Shown piece by piece: positions 61,409-64,000 of a stretch of DNA of 64,000 bases. The position numbers were made by a program, and so were the translations under genes. How positions within the stretch are numbered: position 1 is the first letter of the stretch; each line of letters opens with the position of its first letter. The notes beneath the pieces were generated by a model. It searched no databases and was not told the DNA's origin. It worked only from the letters and a program-made list of their open reading frames with translations. This DNA is from a virus. The stretch is taken from the IMG/VR virus record IMGVR_UViG_3300034175_000060, positions 22,209 through 86,208 of that record. One strand, 5' to 3'.

Positions 61409-63481
61409 GTGATGAATAGCAAATGGATTATGGATGAGGAAAATTATCCAAATATTTTTACCGTAGCACTCATTCGAGAGGATGAGAAGTTTGAGAATGT
61501 CTTTGAGGTAAGTGCTCGTGTGAACCAAATTGACAGAATTCTCGCTTTTGTAGACCATCTTGAAAAAGAAGATGACTACATGGTAGGGTTCAACAACCTT
61601 AACTGGGATTATCCCATCCTTCATAAGATTCTTGCTATTCGTCACAAACTTCCGAAATGTGGTGAGGAATGTGCACGATTGTTTTACACGTTTGCTGAGG
61701 AACAAATTGCTAGTATGAAGGGTGAATTCGCCAACACTGTAAAAACGTCTGATCGAATTGTGAAGCAGATAGACCTCTTTAAGCTAAACCACTTCGATAA
61801 CAAAGCGAAGATGACAAGTCTGAAGATGCTTGAATTCAACATGCGTGAAAATAACATTGAAGACTTACCTTTTCCTGTTGGTAAAGATTTGACATTTGAA
61901 GAAATGGATGTGTTGAAGAAATATAACCAACATGACGTTCGTATGACACTTGCTTTCTATCGGCATTGCAAATCACAGATCGAATTCCGTGAGAAGCTTA
62001 CTGTACAGTTCGGTAAAGATTTTATGAATCACAGCGATAGTAAAATCGGTGGTGACTTCTTCCAGATTAAGCTTCAAGAAGCAGGAATCCCAATTTATAA
62101 ACAAGTTGGCAAACATCGCAAACTAAATCAAACCATTCGTCCGCATATTAAACTGAGAGATTGTCTCTTTGATTATTATGATTTCCAACGTCCAGAGTTT
62201 GTTGCAATTAAGAATTGGTTTGCTAAACAAATTATCAAAGAGACTAAAGGTGTTTTCACAGACATCGAAGAACACCGTTTGTATGATGTTGCTCAATATG
62301 CTGAAATGGTTGTCAAGAAAAAGAAATGTCCGAACGGTGAACCTAGTCGTTCTGAGTATGATGAATTTAAGCGAGAACATCCTTGTGGATGGGTCGAAAA
62401 GATTCAGCTTAAAGCGAAAAAGAAAGGTGAGTTCCAACACTCTTATTATTACAAATGGAAAATTGCAGAAACGTTGAATGTTGTTATTGACGGACTCCGT
62501 TATGATTTCGGAGTAGGTGGTATTCATGCAAGTATTCAAAATTCGGTTGTCTCTAATGACGAAGAATATGAAATCATCGATGCAGATGTAAGTAGTATGT
62601 ATCCAAACATCTCTATCAGCAACGATGTTTATCCTCAACACTTGACCAGTAAGTTCTGTGAGTTGTATTCTGATTTGTATGAGCAGAGGAAGTCGTATGA
62701 TAAGAAGTCAGCAGAGAATGCCATGTTGAAATTGGCGTTGAATGCAACATACGGTAACTCAAACAATGAATATAGTGTATTCTTCGATTCGCAGTACACT
62801 ATGAAGATCACTATCAACGGACAGCTTTCCTTGTGTCTGCTGGCAGAAAAGCTTATGAAGATTGACGGTCTGATTATGTTGGCCTGCAATACTGATGGTC
62901 TTACTGTAAAACTCCCACGGAAGAAAAGGGAACAGTATAACGAGATTTGTATTGCTTGGCAAAAACAAGTAAAGCTTGATCTTGAGTTTGTTGAGTACCA
63001 GAAAATGTGGGTGAGAGATATCAACAATTATTCTGCATTATATACTGATGGTAAGGTCAAACAGAAAGGGGCTTACGAGTACAAAGATTTAGGATGGCAC
63101 AAAAACCATAGCTCTTTGGTTATTCCGATGGCTGCTGAAGCTGCAATGCTTCGTGGTGAAGATGTTCGAGAGTTTATCATGAACCATAAAGAGAAATTTG
63201 ACTTTATGTTGCGTACCAAAGTCCCTCGCAGCAGTCGTCTGGTGCTGGTGAACCAAGATGGAACTGAAACAGCCTTGCAAAATATCTGTCGTTATTATCC
63301 GTGCAAATCTGGAGGCAAACTGATTAAAATCATGCCACCTCTTGAAGAAGGTGGAGAAGAACGGCGACTTGGTATCGATACAATGTGGGATGTAAAACCG
63401 TGTAATTCGATGGATGATTATGTAGGTGATATCGATTACGACTATTTTGTTACTGAAGCAGAAAAACTGGTGATTAAATGA
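61409..63481 (+). CDS. Family B DNA polymerase with 3'-5' exonuclease
   Basis: Exonuclease motifs DEE, GFNNLNWD, YNQHDV; polymerase motifs DVSSMYP, KLALNATYG, NTDG, K.KG. Confidence 0.93.
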   Translation: MMNSKWIMDEENYPNIFTVALIREDEKFENVFEVSARVNQIDRILAFVDHLEKEDDYMVGFNNLNWDYPILHKILAIRHKLPKCGEECARLFYTFAEEQIASMKGEFANTVKTSDRIVKQIDLFKLNHFDNKAKMTSLKMLEFNMRENNIEDLPFPVGKDLTFEEMDVLKKYNQHDVRMTLAFYRHCKSQIEFREKLTVQFGKDFMNHSDSKIGGDFFQIKLQEAGIPIYKQVGKHRKLNQTIRPHIKLRDCLFDYYDFQRPEFVAIKNWFAKQIIKETKGVFTDIEEHRLYDVAQYAEMVVKKKKCPNGEPSRSEYDEFKREHPCGWVEKIQLKAKKKGEFQHSYYYKWKIAETLNVVIDGLRYDFGVGGIHASIQNSVVSNDEEYEIIDADVSSMYPNISISNDVYPQHLTSKFCELYSDLYEQRKSYDKKSAENAMLKLALNATYGNSNNEYSVFFDSQYTMKITINGQLSLCLLAEKLMKIDGLIMLACNTDGLTVKLPRKKREQYNEICIAWQKQVKLDLEFVEYQKMWVRDINNYSALYTDGKVKQKGAYEYKDLGWHKNHSSLVIPMAAEAAMLRGEDVREFIMNHKEKFDFMLRTKVPRSSRLVLVNQDGTETALQNICRYYPCKSGGKLIKIMPPLEEGGEERRLGIDTMWDVKPCNSMDDYVGDIDYDYFVTEAEKLVIK

Positions 63482-63644
63482 ACAAACTATCCCAATTTAA
63501 CGCAACAAAATCCAGCAACTTCATAGCATCCACAAACCTGTCCAAACAAACACCAGAATGCGATGAAGTTTTCACAGGATCGGGACGTTATCCGTGGCAG
63601 GTAGTTCCTGCTAAATACTTTCTAACACAACAGGAGAATGAGCA

Positions 63645-63830
63645 ATGACCTACCCTTGACAACAAGGCTATGAAGCCTTCGAGAACGGTTTGCCACGAGG
63701 TGTTAATCCTTATACTTGTGACTGGCAAGACGAGTGGAACTTAGGATATTGGGCAGCTTGTGACGATGAGACATCTTACCAAGAATTTTTAGCAGAGGAA
63801 GAAGCAAATGAGCAAACTAGCAATCTCTAA
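63645..63830 (+). pseudogene. Rmf/CrpP-like small gene with in-frame TGA at codon 5
   Basis: MTYP*QQGYEAFENG...NPY....DEWNLGY; SD and overlapping start/stop context are intact. Confidence 0.55.
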
Positions 63831-64000
63831 GAACAGCATGGCACACGCAGAAGGTAAACAAGCTTTCCATGACGGCCTTGACATTATCAATGACAACCCT
63901 TATCATGAGAAGAACATGTTCGGTGCTCTGCCTCTTGCTTGGTTCGAATGGATGGATGGGCATGAAGAGGAGTACCAGAAAGCTAAGAAGGTTCTGGATG
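63808..64000 (+). CDS. Rmf/CrpP-like small protein (partial)
   Basis: AHAEGKQAFHDG.....NPY......EWMDG; runs off the window. Confidence 0.55.
   Translation, partial: MSKLAISKNSMAHAEGKQAFHDGLDIINDNPYHEKNMFGALPLAWFEWMDGHEEEYQKAKKVLD

Noticed and set aside
1-64000. Stop-codon reassignment, suggested by in-frame TAG at 40531-33, TGA at 63657-59 and TAA near 26143
   Set aside because: All large conserved genes are intact in code 11, all three stop codons end real genes, and no suppressor tRNA is present. These cases are isolated.
1-64000. CRISPR array, reverse transcriptase/DGR or retron, integrase/att site
   Set aside because: No regularly spaced repeats, no RT-like ORF, and no tyrosine or large serine integrase were seen by eye.

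Overview
The window is a 64-kb slice of a large, probably lytic, long-tailed dsDNA phage genome, with no host chromosomal genes, integrase or CI-like repressor seen. From 1 to about 16 kb (- strand) lies the virion module: partial tape measure, tail chaperone with a -1 frameshift, tail tube (apparent ATT start), tail and neck genes, lambda-E-like capsid, gpD-like decoration protein, scaffold, S49 protease, portal and terminase. Four freestanding homing-endonuclease-like genes are interspersed in it, and a cluster of three atypical tRNAs plus structured spacers lies between terL and the putative terS. From 16 to 22 kb (+) are PhoH, a ClpP-like protein, an HTH+nuclease pair and a serine resolvase, followed by about 900 bp of non-coding DNA with tandem DnaA boxes. 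From 23 to 43 kb (-) is an early, host-takeover-type array of small genes with many sigma70 promoters. It includes a PolA-fold orphan polymerase behind a structured leader, an Srd-like protein, and a ~475-nt, densely base-paired non-coding segment that reads as a + strand RNA with its own promoter and terminator (the best candidate for something undescribed). From 43 to 64 kb are a second HTH+nuclease pair, an FN3-SGNH protein, a SleB-like hydrolase, ThyX, a PcfJ-like protein, a primase-helicase lacking its zinc-binding domain, and a family B DNA polymerase. All family assignments come from motif recognition by eye; no searches or folding programs were run.
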